From positions 3,840,001-3,904,000 of the forward strand of contig CAXXKJ010000002.1 of NCBI GenBank assembly GCA_963675295.2: a stretch of DNA of 64,000 bases, in the 5' to 3' direction. Made by a program: the position numbers and the translations under genes. Source of the DNA: a bacterium (GTDB lineage Bacteria > Electryoneota > Electryoneia > Electryoneales > Electryoneaceae). The first letter of the stretch is position 1. The number at the start of each line of letters is the position of its first letter. The notes beneath the pieces are model-generated. The model was not told the DNA's origin and searched no databases. It saw nothing but the letters and a program-made list of their open reading frames with translations. Below are positions 48,269 through 59,600 of this stretch, in pieces.

Positions 48269-51200
48269 ATGTCGTTGAATCGGTTTGAACGGATCACTTT
48301 GAGCCCTCTCGGTTTGCGTGAGCCTGGTGTCGCGATCTCCGCGGCGAAGGCTGGATTCACCGGTTTGCTGGACGCCGAGTTCTGCGTTGACGCTGATCGT
48401 GCGCGTGTGTCGCTGGAGATGTTGCTGAAGCGCACGGCGAACGCCACCGGTCGCATCGGGCTCCGTCTGCATGCGGATCAGGTGAAGCCGTTGCAGCCGC
48501 TGCTTGAGATGCTTGCCGATCAGGATCACATCGTGCTGCTGGCTGGCGTGTCCGCGAAGAATCACGCCGACGTGTTAAAAGCGCTACCGAAGGCTGACCA
48601 ACGCTCGATCTGGCTGGAAATTCTCGATTCTCAGGTCGCGACGGAGCTGCTGAAGCAGAAACAGCAGCCGGAAGCGTGGGTGATGAAGGGCCATGAGGGC
48701 GCGGGCTGGGTTGGTGACGACACGACGTACATCCTGCTGCAGAAGCTGGCGAAGTTGGAGAAGACGCCGCCGGTGTATGTCCAAGGCGGTCTGGGTGTGC
48801 ATGCCGCTGCGGCGTGCAAGGTTGCCGGCGCGGACGGGATCGTGCTCGACGACCAGTTGTTGCTGATGCCGGAATCGCCGTTGCCGTTGTCCTGGAAGCA
48901 GTATTTCGAGGGGCTGAACGGCAAGGAAGCGGTTGCGTACGGTGAGCGTCTGCTCGCGCCGGTGCGGGTGTTCGCGCGTCCCGGGTTCCCGGTTAACGAC
49001 GACCTGATGGCGCAGGCGGACGCGCTTGAGGTTGAGAATGACCTGACGGAAAATGGTGTTGCCAAGTGGCGCGGGATTGCGTCCGAGCGGATCGGCTGGG
49101 GCGAACCGGGCGTGCTCGGCTGGCCGGTCGGGCAGGGCATCGGGTTCGCTGCACGCTACCGTGACAAATACAAAAGCGTCGCCAAGCTGTTGCGTGTGAT
49201 CGGCAACGAGATCGACGACCACATTCGTGCGGCGAAAGAGCAGCAGACGATGGCGCCGGACTCGCCGTTGGCGAAGCGGCACCGGACGAAATATCCGTTG
49301 GTTCAGGGCCCGATGAGCCGTGTCAGCGACCGGGCGGAGATGTCGGATGTGATCAGCCGGGAAGGTGCATTGCCGACGCATGCCCTCGGCACGATGCCGC
49401 CGCAGGTTGTCGCTGATTTGCTGAAGAAGAGTGTCGAGCTGCACGGCGACCGGTCGTGGGGTGTTGGCTTCATCGGCTTTTTACCGCAGGAGCTGTACGA
49501 CCAGCAGTTGGCAGAGGTAATCAAGGTCAAGCCGCCGTTCGCGATTATCGCCGGCGGACGTCCCGACCAGGCGAACAAGCTGGAAGAGCACGGGATTTCG
49601 ACGTACATCCATGCGCCGACGCCTGAACTGTTGAAGATGTACTACGAGTCGGGCGCGCGGAAATTCATCTTCGAGGGGCGGGAGTGCGGCGGCCACATCG
49701 GGCCGTTGTGCAGCTTCCCGTTGTGGGAATCGGTGATTGACGCATTCCTCGAGATGGTGCCAAAGGGCAAGGAAGCAGACGTCCAGGTGTTGTTCGCCGG
49801 TGGTGTCAGTGACCGGCTGTCCTCCGCGATGGTCAGCGCGATGGCGTCGCCGCTGGTCGCGCGTGGGATGAATGTCGGCTGCCTCGTCGGTACCGCCTAC
49901 CTGTTCGCAAAGGAATCGGTGGACACAGGGACAATCACGAAGCTGTACCAGGACACGGCGATCAAGTGCGACCGGACGGTGAACATGGAAGTCGGTCCGG
50001 GTCACGCCAACCGTGCCTGCGACACCCCGCTCGCCAGTGAGTTCAATGCGACCCGCCGCCAGATGCTGAAAGACAAGCGTCCCGGCGCGGAAATCCGTGA
50101 AGAGTTGGACCGGTTCACGCTCGGAAGGCTCGCGATTGCGACCAAGGGCCAGCATTTCAGCGCCGAAGGCATCCGTGACGTCGACGACAAGGAGCAGTAC
50201 CAGACCGGCTTTTACATGATCGGGCAGGTGTGCACGATGCGTGACCGTGCGACGACGGTCCAGGAGCTGCACACCGAAATCTGTGATGGCGCGGTTGAAC
50301 AGCTCGACTCGTTCGTGTTGCCGGAACCGGTCAAAGTGCAGGCTGAACCAAACCCGTGCGACATCGCCATTGTTGGCATTGCCTCGACCATGCCGCAGGC
50401 GAAAACGATGGACGAGTTCTGGGAAAATGTGCTGACGCACAAAGATGTGATTGAGGAGATCCCGAAGCACCGTTGGGACCCGGAGATCTACTACGACCAG
50501 GACCGCACCGCGCGTGACCGCAGCTACTCGAAGTGGGGCGGATTTGTCCCGGAAATGGCGTTCAACCCGGTGGCGTACGGCATCGCGCCGATCTCGATGA
50601 GCAGCATCGAACCGATGCAGGTCATGTCGTTGGAGATGGCGAAGAAGGCGTTGGAAGACGCCGGATATGGCGATGGCAGTTACCCGCGTGAACGCACCGG
50701 TGTAATCCTTGGTGCGGCGGGATCGACGGGCGACTTTGGCCTGATGCTGACGGCTCGCACGACGATGGAGCGTTTCGTTCCCTATATCCCGGAGGATACG
50801 TGGGAACGGATGCCGGAGTGGACGGAGGAAGCGTTCGCTGGTGGATTGTACAACGTGACCGCCGGCCGGATTGCCAACCGACTCAATATGAGCGGGATCA
50901 ACTTCACGGTTGATTCGGCGTGTGCGTCCTCGTTGACCTCGGTCGCGATGGCGATCTCCGAACTGGAATTGGGCAACGCCGACATGATGATCACCGGCGG
51001 TGTTGACCTGCAGCAGCATATCGGCAGTTACATCAGCTTTGCGAAGACCCATGCCCTCTCGCCCACCGGCAAGAGCCGCTCGTTCGACAAGAACGCGGAC
51101 GGGATTGTGCTGGCGGAAGGTGTGACGGTGCTGGTGCTGAAGCGTCTGGCGGACGCTGAGCGCGACGGCGACCACATTTACGCCAAGATCAAGAGCTGGG

Positions 51201-54200
51201 GATCGTCCAGTGATGGCCGCGCGAAGTCAATGACCGCGCCGTTCCCGGCAGGGCAACTGCGCGCGTTGCAGCGGGCGTACGAGAAGGCTGGGATTACGCC
51301 GGATCAGGTGGGGATGATCGAGGCGCACGGGACGGGGACTGTCGCCGGTGATACCGCCGAGACGGAAACCGTGCTCTCCCTGTTGAAGGGAAACACGCCG
51401 CCCAAGTCGATCTCGCTGGGTTCGGTCAAGGCGCAGATCGGACACGCCAAGTCGGATGCCGGTGCGGCGGGGATTCTGCGTGCGGCGTTGTCGTTGTATC
51501 ACAAGGTGCTGCCACCGCATTGCCATATCGAGGATCCGATCGATCCGATCGCCGATCCGGAATCGCCGGTGTATGTGCTCAAGGACGGGCGGCCCTGGAT
51601 CAAGCATCCAGACCGGCCCCGGTACGCGGGTGTCAGCGCGTTCGGATTCGGCGGCACGAATTTCCACATGGTGCTGGAAGAGTATGTCGAGGGCGCGAAG
51701 AAAAATACCGCCGGTGCGAATTTCTGGCCGCAGGAATTGTTCGCCTGGCGTGCCGCGAACGACAAGGCGCTGCTGCGTTCGGTGAAGACGGTGCACAAAG
51801 CGTTGTCGGCGGGTGCCGAGCCGCGTTTGCGAGACCTCGCGTTTACGCTGGCGTTGCAGGCGGATGCCGCAGTTGGCAAGCCGGCGCTGTTGACCGTTGT
51901 CGCGAGCAGCCTCGACGAATTGAAGGGCACGCTGGAGAAGGTCATCCAGGAGCTGGACGGCGAGGAAAAATTCCAGCTCGGCCCGAACGTGCAGTTGGTG
52001 CTGGATGCGCCGAAGGATTCGCCGAAGATCGGGTTCCTCTTTCCTGGCCAGGGCTCGCAGTATGTGAACATGGGCCGTGAAGCGGCGATGTACCTGCACG
52101 AGGTGCGGGAAGCGGTGGAAGCCGCGGATGGGTTCACCCGTGACGCCTACCCGAAACTGCTGAGCCAGTTCATTTTCCCGCCGAGCGCGTTCACGAAGGA
52201 CGAGGAGAAGCAGCAGGTCGTCGAGCTGACGAACACGCATGTGACGCAGCCCGCGTTGGGTGCGTTGGCGACCGGTTACCATGATTTCGCGACACGGTTG
52301 GGCCTCAAGGCGGACGGTGTCGTCGGGCATTCGATCGGTGAGTATGTCGCGTTGCACGCCGCTGGTGTGCTGTCGCGCGAGCAGATGTTCCAGTTGATCG
52401 AAACTCGTGGCCACACAATGGCCGAAGCCGCGGCGGACAAGCCGGGCACGATGGCGGCGGTGAAGTTGGAACGCGAGAAGCTGCAGCCGTTGATCACCGA
52501 GTTTGAGGGCGTGGTGATCGCCAACCACAACGCGCCGGAACAGTCGGTGCTGAGTGGTCCGGTTGACGGCGTCAAGGCGGCGGTGAAGAAACTGACGGAC
52601 GACGGCATCACCGCGAAGCTGTTGACCGTGGCCGGTGCGTTCCACTCCAGCCTGTTCGAGCAGTCGCAGAAGCCGTTGGTCGAGGCGATTCAGGCGGCGG
52701 AAGTCAACGAACCGCTGATCCCGGTGTATTCGAACAAGAACGGGTCACCGTATCCGTCCGACCCGAACGCAATCAAGGAACAGCTTTCCGGCCATTTGTT
52801 GGGGCCGGTGGAATTTGTTTCGGCTATCAACACGATGCACGACGATGGCATCCGTGTGTTTGTCGAACTCGGACCGAAGAGTGTGCTGGGGTCGTTGACG
52901 AAGCAGATCCTCAAGGATGATCTCAGTGTCAGCACGGTCTCGTTTGACGCCAACGGCGCGGTGAAGGGCGTGTTGAAGGCGACGGGCCAGCTGCTTGCGG
53001 CTGGCGCGCATGTGAAGCTTTCGATGTTGCATGAGGGGCGCGACGTCAAGGCATTGAACCTCGGCAAGCTGCTGGAAACGAAACCGGCGGAGTTGCCGAA
53101 GACGGCGTGGCTGGTGTCGGGCGGCTGTTCACGTCCGCAGGGCCACCCGATGCACATCGTGGGCAAACTTCCCCCATTGGACAAAGAACTTGCAGATAAG
53201 AGAAGGAAGGAACTGATGGACGAGTTCAAACAGCAGGGCGCTCCGCAGGGAGTGCCGCCGCAGCAGCCGGGTCAGCCGCCGGTTGATCCGATGCAGGCGT
53301 ACCAGCAGAACATGGCGCGCTTCCAGCAGATGCAGCAGCAGTATGGCCCGCAGGGTCAGCCGCCGCAGCAGCCGGGGTATCCGCCGCAAGGCATGCCACA
53401 GCAGCCGGGCTACCCGCAGCAGGGTTACCCGCAGCAGCCGCAGGGTTATCCGCAGCCGGGTTATCCACCGCAGGGCATGCCGCAGCAGCCGGGTTACGGC
53501 CGTCCGCCGTACCCGCAGCAGGGTTATCCTCAGCCGGGGTATCCGCCGCAGCAGCCCGGGTATGGGCGTCCCCCGTATCCGCAGCAGCCGGGCTACCCGC
53601 CGCAGGGCATGCCGCCCCAGGGATACCCGCAACAGCAGCCGCAGGGGTATCCTCCCCAGCAGCAGCCTGGTTATCCGCCGCAGGGCATGCCGCAGCAGCC
53701 CCAGCAGCCACAGATACCACCGCAGCAGCAGGCTCCAGCCCAGGCTCCGGCTCAGCCGCAGCCCCAGGCCGCCGCACCGGCGCCCGCACCCGCCGTTGAA
53801 GCTCCAGCTGCCCCAGCTCCCGCTCCCGCTCCTGCTCCGGCTCCGGCCGCTGGTGGTGCGATGAGCAAGGACGATATCGCCGCGCAGTTGGTCGCGTTGG
53901 TCGCGGAACGGACAGGCTATCCAGAGGATATGCTCGACCTCAACGCCGACATGGAAGCGGATCTCGGCATCGACTCGATCAAGCGTGTCGAGGTGCTGGG
54001 TTCGTTGCAGAAGACGTTCCCGGAAGACCAGGCGGACTCGTTGCAAGCCGAACTTGAGGCGTTGACGCGTGTCAAGACGATGGCCGAGATGGTCGACATC
54101 CTGCAGGCGATGGGCCAGAAGGCCGGTGGTGCGGCTCCCGCACCTGCCGCCGCAGCACCAGCCCAACCCGCAGCCGCCCCGGCGGCAGCACCTGCTCCCG

Positions 54201-56185
54201 CTCCGGCTCCGGCACCCGCCGCAGGCGCACCTATGAGTAAGGACGACATCGCAGCGCAGTTGGTCGCGTTGGTTGCGGAACGGACGGGCTATCCCGAGGA
54301 TATGCTCGACCTGAACGCCGACATGGAAGCGGACCTCGGCATCGACTCGATCAAGCGTGTCGAGGTGCTGGGTTCGTTGCAGAAGACCTTCCCCGAGGAC
54401 AAGGCCGATTCATTGCAGGCTGAGCTTGAGGCGTTGACGCGTGTCAAGACGATGGCCGAGATGGTGGACATCCTCGAGAAGATGGGTCAGCAGGTTGGCG
54501 GAGACACGGTAAACCCTAAGATGGGAGGCGTGCAGCAGCCGCCGTCCAGCCCGGACACGCTCCAGGCCTCCCGGTCCAATGGCGGAGCGGCGGCCTCTGT
54601 CGCGGACGATAACGATTTCAGCGGTGTCGAACGGATCGGGCGGTACATCTTCGAACCGTTCGAGGAGGAACTGCCCCCGCGTGGTGAACTCCCGCAGGGG
54701 CTGATCCTCGTCACCGAAGATGCCGGCGGCATCGCGGCAAACACGATCAACTTCCTCGCGCAGGAAGGCGTGAAAACCGCGATGATCGAGCGAGCGACGC
54801 TGGTTGATCCGGCCCGTCTCGAGCAATTCATCACTGACCAGCGTGAGCAGCACGGTTCCATCAGCGGCGTCCTGCACCTGGCGACCCTCGGCACCGGCAA
54901 CTTGCCGGAAACGATGGATGAGCTGGCGCAGGTGTCGCAGGAGCATGTTTACAGCCTGTTCAAGATCCTGCAGATCGTTGAACTCGATCTGAAGGAGGCG
55001 GCGGACACCGGCGAAGCTCGTGTGCTGCTGGGTTCGACCATGGGCGGCTCGTTTGGTCGGCATGGCCAGTCGAAGGCCGTTCCGACAGCGGCGTCCGGCC
55101 TCGGCATTTTGAAGACGCTGGTCATCGAATGGCCGGGTGTGCGTGCCAAGGCGGTCGATTTTGACGACGCGCTCAGCCCGCCGGCGATTGCGAAGCAGTT
55201 GGTGGACGAGCTGCTCGCCGATGACGAACGGCAGGAAGTTGGGTATCCGGGTGGGACGCGGACCGCGTTCCGGCCGGTGGACCGTGCGATTGATCTCAAC
55301 AACGGCGCCGAACCGCTCAAGCTCGAGTCGGACTGGGTGGCAATTGTCACCGGTGGTGCGCGCGGTGTGACCGCGGAGTTGGCGTACGACCTCGCTCGCG
55401 CGGGGATGACGTTGATCCTCTGCGGACGCAGCCCGTTGCCGCAGCCGGAAGGTCCGGAAACGGCCAACCTGACCGAACTTGCCGACTTGCGCAAGCATTT
55501 CATGATGGCGGCGAAGGCGGCTGGCGAGAAGGTTCGCCCGGTCGACATCGAGAAGAAGGTCAACCGTCTGCTCGGTGCACGCGAAATGCTGCGCAACATC
55601 AAGCGGTTCCAGGATGCCGGCGCGACGGTGGAATACCTCAGTGTTGACGTGTCCGATCTTGACAAGTTCGGCGCGGCGCTTGACGGGGTGTATGAACGTC
55701 ACGGCCGCATCGACGCGTTGCTGCATGGTGCGGGTGTGATTGAGGACAAGCTGATCGCCGACAAGCCGATCGAGCAGTTCCACCGGGTGTTTGAGACCAA
55801 GGTCAAGAGCACGTGGATCCTGGCGAAGAAGCTGAAGCCGGAGCAGATGAAGCTGGCGGTGTTCTTCACCTCGATGGCCGGACGATTCGGCAACATGGGC
55901 CAGTCGGATTATGCGTCCGCGAACGAAGCGGTGAACCGGTTCGCGTGGATGCTGAACAACGGGTGGCCGAACGCCCGCATCATGTCGATCAACTGGGGTC
56001 CGTGGATCTCGGGCATGGTGACGGACGAGTTGATTGCAGCATTTGAAGCACGCGGTGTGATTCCGATTCCGCTCAAGGGTGGACGGCAGTTCTTCCTCGA
56101 CGAACTGACCCACGGCTCGAAGGATGAGGTGGAGTTGGTCGCGGGGTCCGGCCTGTGGTCGGCGGATGATCTGAACCGTGTGTGA
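48269..56185 (+). CDS. Pfa-like type I PKS/FAS subunit 1: ER'(degenerate)-ER(FabK/NMO-type)-KS-AT-low-complexity tract-ACP-ACP-KR
   Basis: [10 protein letters not shown] (FMN TIM-barrel reductase); KS DSACASS, EAHGTGT, IGHAK; AT GHSIG, AFHS; 2x [11 protein letters not shown]; [17 protein letters not shown]; AAAGGA RBS. Confidence 0.92.
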   Translation: MSLNRFERITLSPLGLREPGVAISAAKAGFTGLLDAEFCVDADRARVSLEMLLKRTANATGRIGLRLHADQVKPLQPLLEMLADQDHIVLLAGVSAKNHADVLKALPKADQRSIWLEILDSQVATELLKQKQQPEAWVMKGHEGAGWVGDDTTYILLQKLAKLEKTPPVYVQGGLGVHAAAACKVAGADGIVLDDQLLLMPESPLPLSWKQYFEGLNGKEAVAYGERLLAPVRVFARPGFPVNDDLMAQADALEVENDLTENGVAKWRGIASERIGWGEPGVLGWPVGQGIGFAARYRDKYKSVAKLLRVIGNEIDDHIRAAKEQQTMAPDSPLAKRHRTKYPLVQGPMSRVSDRAEMSDVISREGALPTHALGTMPPQVVADLLKKSVELHGDRSWGVGFIGFLPQELYDQQLAEVIKVKPPFAIIAGGRPDQANKLEEHGISTYIHAPTPELLKMYYESGARKFIFEGRECGGHIGPLCSFPLWESVIDAFLEMVPKGKEADVQVLFAGGVSDRLSSAMVSAMASPLVARGMNVGCLVGTAYLFAKESVDTGTITKLYQDTAIKCDRTVNMEVGPGHANRACDTPLASEFNATRRQMLKDKRPGAEIREELDRFTLGRLAIATKGQHFSAEGIRDVDDKEQYQTGFYMIGQVCTMRDRATTVQELHTEICDGAVEQLDSFVLPEPVKVQAEPNPCDIAIVGIASTMPQAKTMDEFWENVLTHKDVIEEIPKHRWDPEIYYDQDRTARDRSYSKWGGFVPEMAFNPVAYGIAPISMSSIEPMQVMSLEMAKKALEDAGYGDGSYPRERTGVILGAAGSTGDFGLMLTARTTMERFVPYIPEDTWERMPEWTEEAFAGGLYNVTAGRIANRLNMSGINFTVDSACASSLTSVAMAISELELGNADMMITGGVDLQQHIGSYISFAKTHALSPTGKSRSFDKNADGIVLAEGVTVLVLKRLADAERDGDHIYAKIKSWGSSSDGRAKSMTAPFPAGQLRALQRAYEKAGITPDQVGMIEAHGTGTVAGDTAETETVLSLLKGNTPPKSISLGSVKAQIGHAKSDAGAAGILRAALSLYHKVLPPHCHIEDPIDPIADPESPVYVLKDGRPWIKHPDRPRYAGVSAFGFGGTNFHMVLEEYVEGAKKNTAGANFWPQELFAWRAANDKALLRSVKTVHKALSAGAEPRLRDLAFTLALQADAAVGKPALLTVVASSLDELKGTLEKVIQELDGEEKFQLGPNVQLVLDAPKDSPKIGFLFPGQGSQYVNMGREAAMYLHEVREAVEAADGFTRDAYPKLLSQFIFPPSAFTKDEEKQQVVELTNTHVTQPALGALATGYHDFATRLGLKADGVVGHSIGEYVALHAAGVLSREQMFQLIETRGHTMAEAAADKPGTMAAVKLEREKLQPLITEFEGVVIANHNAPEQSVLSGPVDGVKAAVKKLTDDGITAKLLTVAGAFHSSLFEQSQKPLVEAIQAAEVNEPLIPVYSNKNGSPYPSDPNAIKEQLSGHLLGPVEFVSAINTMHDDGIRVFVELGPKSVLGSLTKQILKDDLSVSTVSFDANGAVKGVLKATGQLLAAGAHVKLSMLHEGRDVKALNLGKLLETKPAELPKTAWLVSGGCSRPQGHPMHIVGKLPPLDKELADKRRKELMDEFKQQGAPQGVPPQQPGQPPVDPMQAYQQNMARFQQMQQQYGPQGQPPQQPGYPPQGMPQQPGYPQQGYPQQPQGYPQPGYPPQGMPQQPGYGRPPYPQQGYPQPGYPPQQPGYGRPPYPQQPGYPPQGMPPQGYPQQQPQGYPPQQQPGYPPQGMPQQPQQPQIPPQQQAPAQAPAQPQPQAAAPAPAPAVEAPAAPAPAPAPAPAPAAGGAMSKDDIAAQLVALVAERTGYPEDMLDLNADMEADLGIDSIKRVEVLGSLQKTFPEDQADSLQAELEALTRVKTMAEMVDILQAMGQKAGGAAPAPAAAAPAQPAAAPAAAPAPAPAPAPAAGAPMSKDDIAAQLVALVAERTGYPEDMLDLNADMEADLGIDSIKRVEVLGSLQKTFPEDKADSLQAELEALTRVKTMAEMVDILEKMGQQVGGDTVNPKMGGVQQPPSSPDTLQASRSNGGAAASVADDNDFSGVERIGRYIFEPFEEELPPRGELPQGLILVTEDAGGIAANTINFLAQEGVKTAMIERATLVDPARLEQFITDQREQHGSISGVLHLATLGTGNLPETMDELAQVSQEHVYSLFKILQIVELDLKEAADTGEARVLLGSTMGGSFGRHGQSKAVPTAASGLGILKTLVIEWPGVRAKAVDFDDALSPPAIAKQLVDELLADDERQEVGYPGGTRTAFRPVDRAIDLNNGAEPLKLESDWVAIVTGGARGVTAELAYDLARAGMTLILCGRSPLPQPEGPETANLTELADLRKHFMMAAKAAGEKVRPVDIEKKVNRLLGAREMLRNIKRFQDAGATVEYLSVDVSDLDKFGAALDGVYERHGRIDALLHGAGVIEDKLIADKPIEQFHRVFETKVKSTWILAKKLKPEQMKLAVFFTSMAGRFGNMGQSDYASANEAVNRFAWMLNNGWPNARIMSINWGPWISGMVTDELIAAFEARGVIPIPLKGGRQFFLDELTHGSKDEVELVAGSGLWSADDLNRV
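53861..54480 (+). repeat. near-identical tandem ACP-coding duplication
   Basis: About 53861-54105 and 54233-54477 encode [10 protein letters not shown]...MAEMVDIL, differing at EDQ/EDK; other differences are synonymous. Confidence 0.9.
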
Positions 56186-56295
56186 CGGATGACGTTCGCC
56201 GGATCGCGCATGAGACGTGGCGGACGATGGTAACGAACGACAATGCGGAGAGGTCCGGTCCGTCACCGGCCCTCTCCTTCCTGTATTTTTTGAGC

Positions 56296-56560
56296 TACCA
56301 CGGACTGAAGTCCGTGGTAAGAACAACGAGCAGCTATAATTACCACGGACTTTAGTCCGTGGTTGGTCCGTGATACGCAGGATGTCACAGTGAACAAGTT
56401 GTCGTCCAGTGAAGGGTGAATTCCTGAGACGGATGTCATCCAGAACTTGGTGTCATCCTGAACGTGGTGAAGGATCTCGTAGTTCACTGGCGGAAAATCC
56501 CGACCAGCAAGCTGGTCGGGGCAGACTCAAATGATCATCCACGACATGAATGTCGTGGGC
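56296..56560. repeat. mosaic of repeat families B, C and D between the two PKS genes
   Basis: taccacggac..gtccgtggt at 56296 and 56341; tgtcatcctgaacgtggtgaaggatct at 56451; family D at 56496; ccacgacatgaatgtcgtgg at 56539. Confidence 0.8.
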
Positions 56561-56608
56561 ATGTTGTACACATCAGGACGATTCGTCCGGGCACAGTTGA
56601 AGGATACG

Positions 56609-59600
56609 ATGAGCTCAGTGAAACGCAACCCTGGCCAGCAGAACATCGCCATCGTGGGCATGGCGTCCGTCTTTCCGAAGGCGCATGACGTCCGTGAATA
56701 TTGGCAGAATCTCGTCGACAAGGTGGACGGGGTGACGGACGGCGTGCCGGAATGGACGCAGCACTATTACGATCCCGAGATGAAGGAAGTCGCCCGGATT
56801 TACACGAAGAAGGGCGGATTTGTCGATCGCGATCTTCCATTTGATCCGCTCGAGTTCGGCATCATGCCGAGCCAGGTTGACGGCACCACACCGGACCATT
56901 TCCTCGCGTTGAAAGCGTGCAAGGACGCGTTGATCGACGCCGGGTACTGGGACGGGATGAAGTCGTTCGACAAGACCCGTACCGGCGTCATTCTCGGCTA
57001 TGGTCCGAACGCCAACCGTGGCAACCTGCTCGCGTTCCAGCATGGCATGGTCGTCGATCAGACGATGGCGATTATCAAGAATCTGCTGCCGGACATGGAC
57101 GAACAGATGATCTATGACATTCGTCATGACATCATGGACGGCCTGCCGATGTTGCGTCCGGAAATCGTGCCCGGTTTTGTCGCGAACGTGCTCACCGGCC
57201 GGATCGCGAACCGTCTCGACCTGATGGGTCCGAACTACATCGTCGACGCGGCGTGTTCGGCGTCGTTCATCTCGCTGGATGCGTCGATCAAAGAACTGCG
57301 CAGCGGACGCAGCGACATGATCCTCGCCGGTGGTGTCAACATGTCGATGCCGCCGCAGATGATGATGGTCTTCTCGATTATTGAAGCGTTGACCCGTGAC
57401 ATCGTGCGCCCGTTCGACAAGCGGGCCTCCGGCGTGCTGCTCGGCGAGGGTATGGGCATCATGGTGCTGAAGCGGTTGGAAGACGCCGAGCGTGATGATG
57501 ACCGCATCTACGCCGTGATCAAGGGAATCTCGCTGGCGTCCGACGGCAAGTCCAAGGGCCTGCTCGCGCCGCGTTTTGAGGGCGAAGTGCTGGCGATGCA
57601 GCGAGCTTATGAGGAAACCGGCATCGACAAGCACACGATATCGTTGCTCGAAGCGCACGGTACCGGGATTCCACTCGGTGATGAGACCGAGGTCAAGTCG
57701 ATCAAGACGGTGTTCGGTGACCGTCCCGAAGACGGATTGCCGATTGGGCTTGGCGGCGTCAAGTCGATGCTCGGCCACTCGTTGATGGCGGCCGGTTCCG
57801 CGGGGATGATCAAAACGGTGCTCGGCCTGTATCACAAGTCGTTGCCGCCGACCTTGTGCGACGAAGTCAGCCCGGCGCTTGAGCTGGAAACGAGCCCGGT
57901 GTATGTGAACAACAAGATCCGTCCGTGGATCAACGGTCAGGATCATCCGCGCCGTGCCGGCGTAAACGCGTTCGGGTTCGGCGGGATCGACGGGCACTGC
58001 ATTGTGGAGGAGTACACCGGCCCCAGCGGCAAGGATCGTGTGAAGTTGCTGGACAAGGTGTGGCCGCATGAACTGCTGGTGTTCCACGGCCGTTCGCAGG
58101 ATGACGTCGTCGAGCAGGTGAACAACGTGATCGGTGTGATCCAGCACCCACGCAACTTCCTGCTGAAGGACATCGCCTATTCGTTGGTCGAGCACGCCAA
58201 GGGCCAGTACGGTCCGGTGCGTCTGGCGGTCTTGATCACGGACAACCGTGAGGACGCGGTCAAGCGTCTTAAGGACGCCATCGAAAAGATCAAATCGGGC
58301 AAGGCCGAACGGATGAAGGGCCGTGGCGGTATTTTCTTTGGCGACAAGGTCCGTGACGGCAAGATGGCGTTCATTTACCCCGGTCACGGCGCGCAGTATC
58401 CTGAGATGTTCGCCGACCTGTGCCGCTTCTTCCCGAAGGTGCGGGAGTGGTTCGATGTGATGGACAGGCTGTTCGTGAAGAACATGGGCATCCGTCCCAG
58501 CGACGCCCTGTACCCGAAGCCGACGGTGCTGACCGATGAAGAACGGGAAGCGCTGGCGAAGGAACTGTTCACCGGCGACTACAGCATCGCGATCACGAAC
58601 TACACCGCCGATGCGATGGATGAGTTGGTCCGTGACACGCTCGGCGTCAAGCCGGACGTGATGATCGGGCACAGTACGGGCGAATTGAACGCGGTGGGAT
58701 CGTCCGGCTATTTCAAGAAGCCGGGCAAGACTGAGCTCGATGAGCCGACGGAGCTGCTGGTTGATGTCTTCACCAGCTTCCGTGATGAACTGGGTGGCTA
58801 CCCGACCGGCGCGTTGCTCGCCGTCGGCGCGGCTGACCACAAGAAGGTGGAGAAAATCATCGCCGACTCGAAGGGCAAGCTGTCCTTCGTGCTCGACAAC
58901 TGCCCGAACCAGGTGCTGGTCTACGGCGCGGAAGAAGATGTGCTCAACGCCAAGCCGTTGTTCGAGAAGGCGGGCGGGATTTGCGAACGGATGCCGTTCG
59001 ACCGTGCCTTCCATACCCCGGAATTCAAGTTGGTCAGCGAGAAGCTGGCGAAGCGGTTCAAGACCGACTGGTTTGACAAGGGCCACACCAAGCTGTTCAG
59101 CGCGACCAAGGGTGATTACTACCCGGACGATCCGAAGAAGGTCCACCAGTGGGCGGCGGATCTGTGGTCGGAGCCGGTGATGTTCCGTGGCGCGATTGAG
59201 AAGCTGTACGAGGACGGTGTCCGCATCTTCGTCGAAGTCGGCGCGAATGCGAACCTGACAGCGTTTGTCAACGACACGCTGATGGGCAAGGACTACCTCG
59301 CGGTCGCGACGAACAACGCGCGCAAGGGCGACCTCGACCAGCTGAACACCATGCTCGCGCAGTTGTTCATCAACGGCCGCGTGCCGCGGTTCGAAGGCAT
59401 GTACGAGCACCGCGAGGTGACCCTCGTGCCGGTCAATCCGGCGGAGATCGAGCCGGAGAAGAAGCGTCCGACGAACCAGCGGCTGGTGCGTGATGTCGCC
59501 ACCATGCGACTCAGCGACAAGATGATGCAGCGTCTGAACGAGAAGTTCCCGCATCGTGGGTTGACCGGCGCAGGCGCAGCGAAGATCATCCCGGAAGCCG

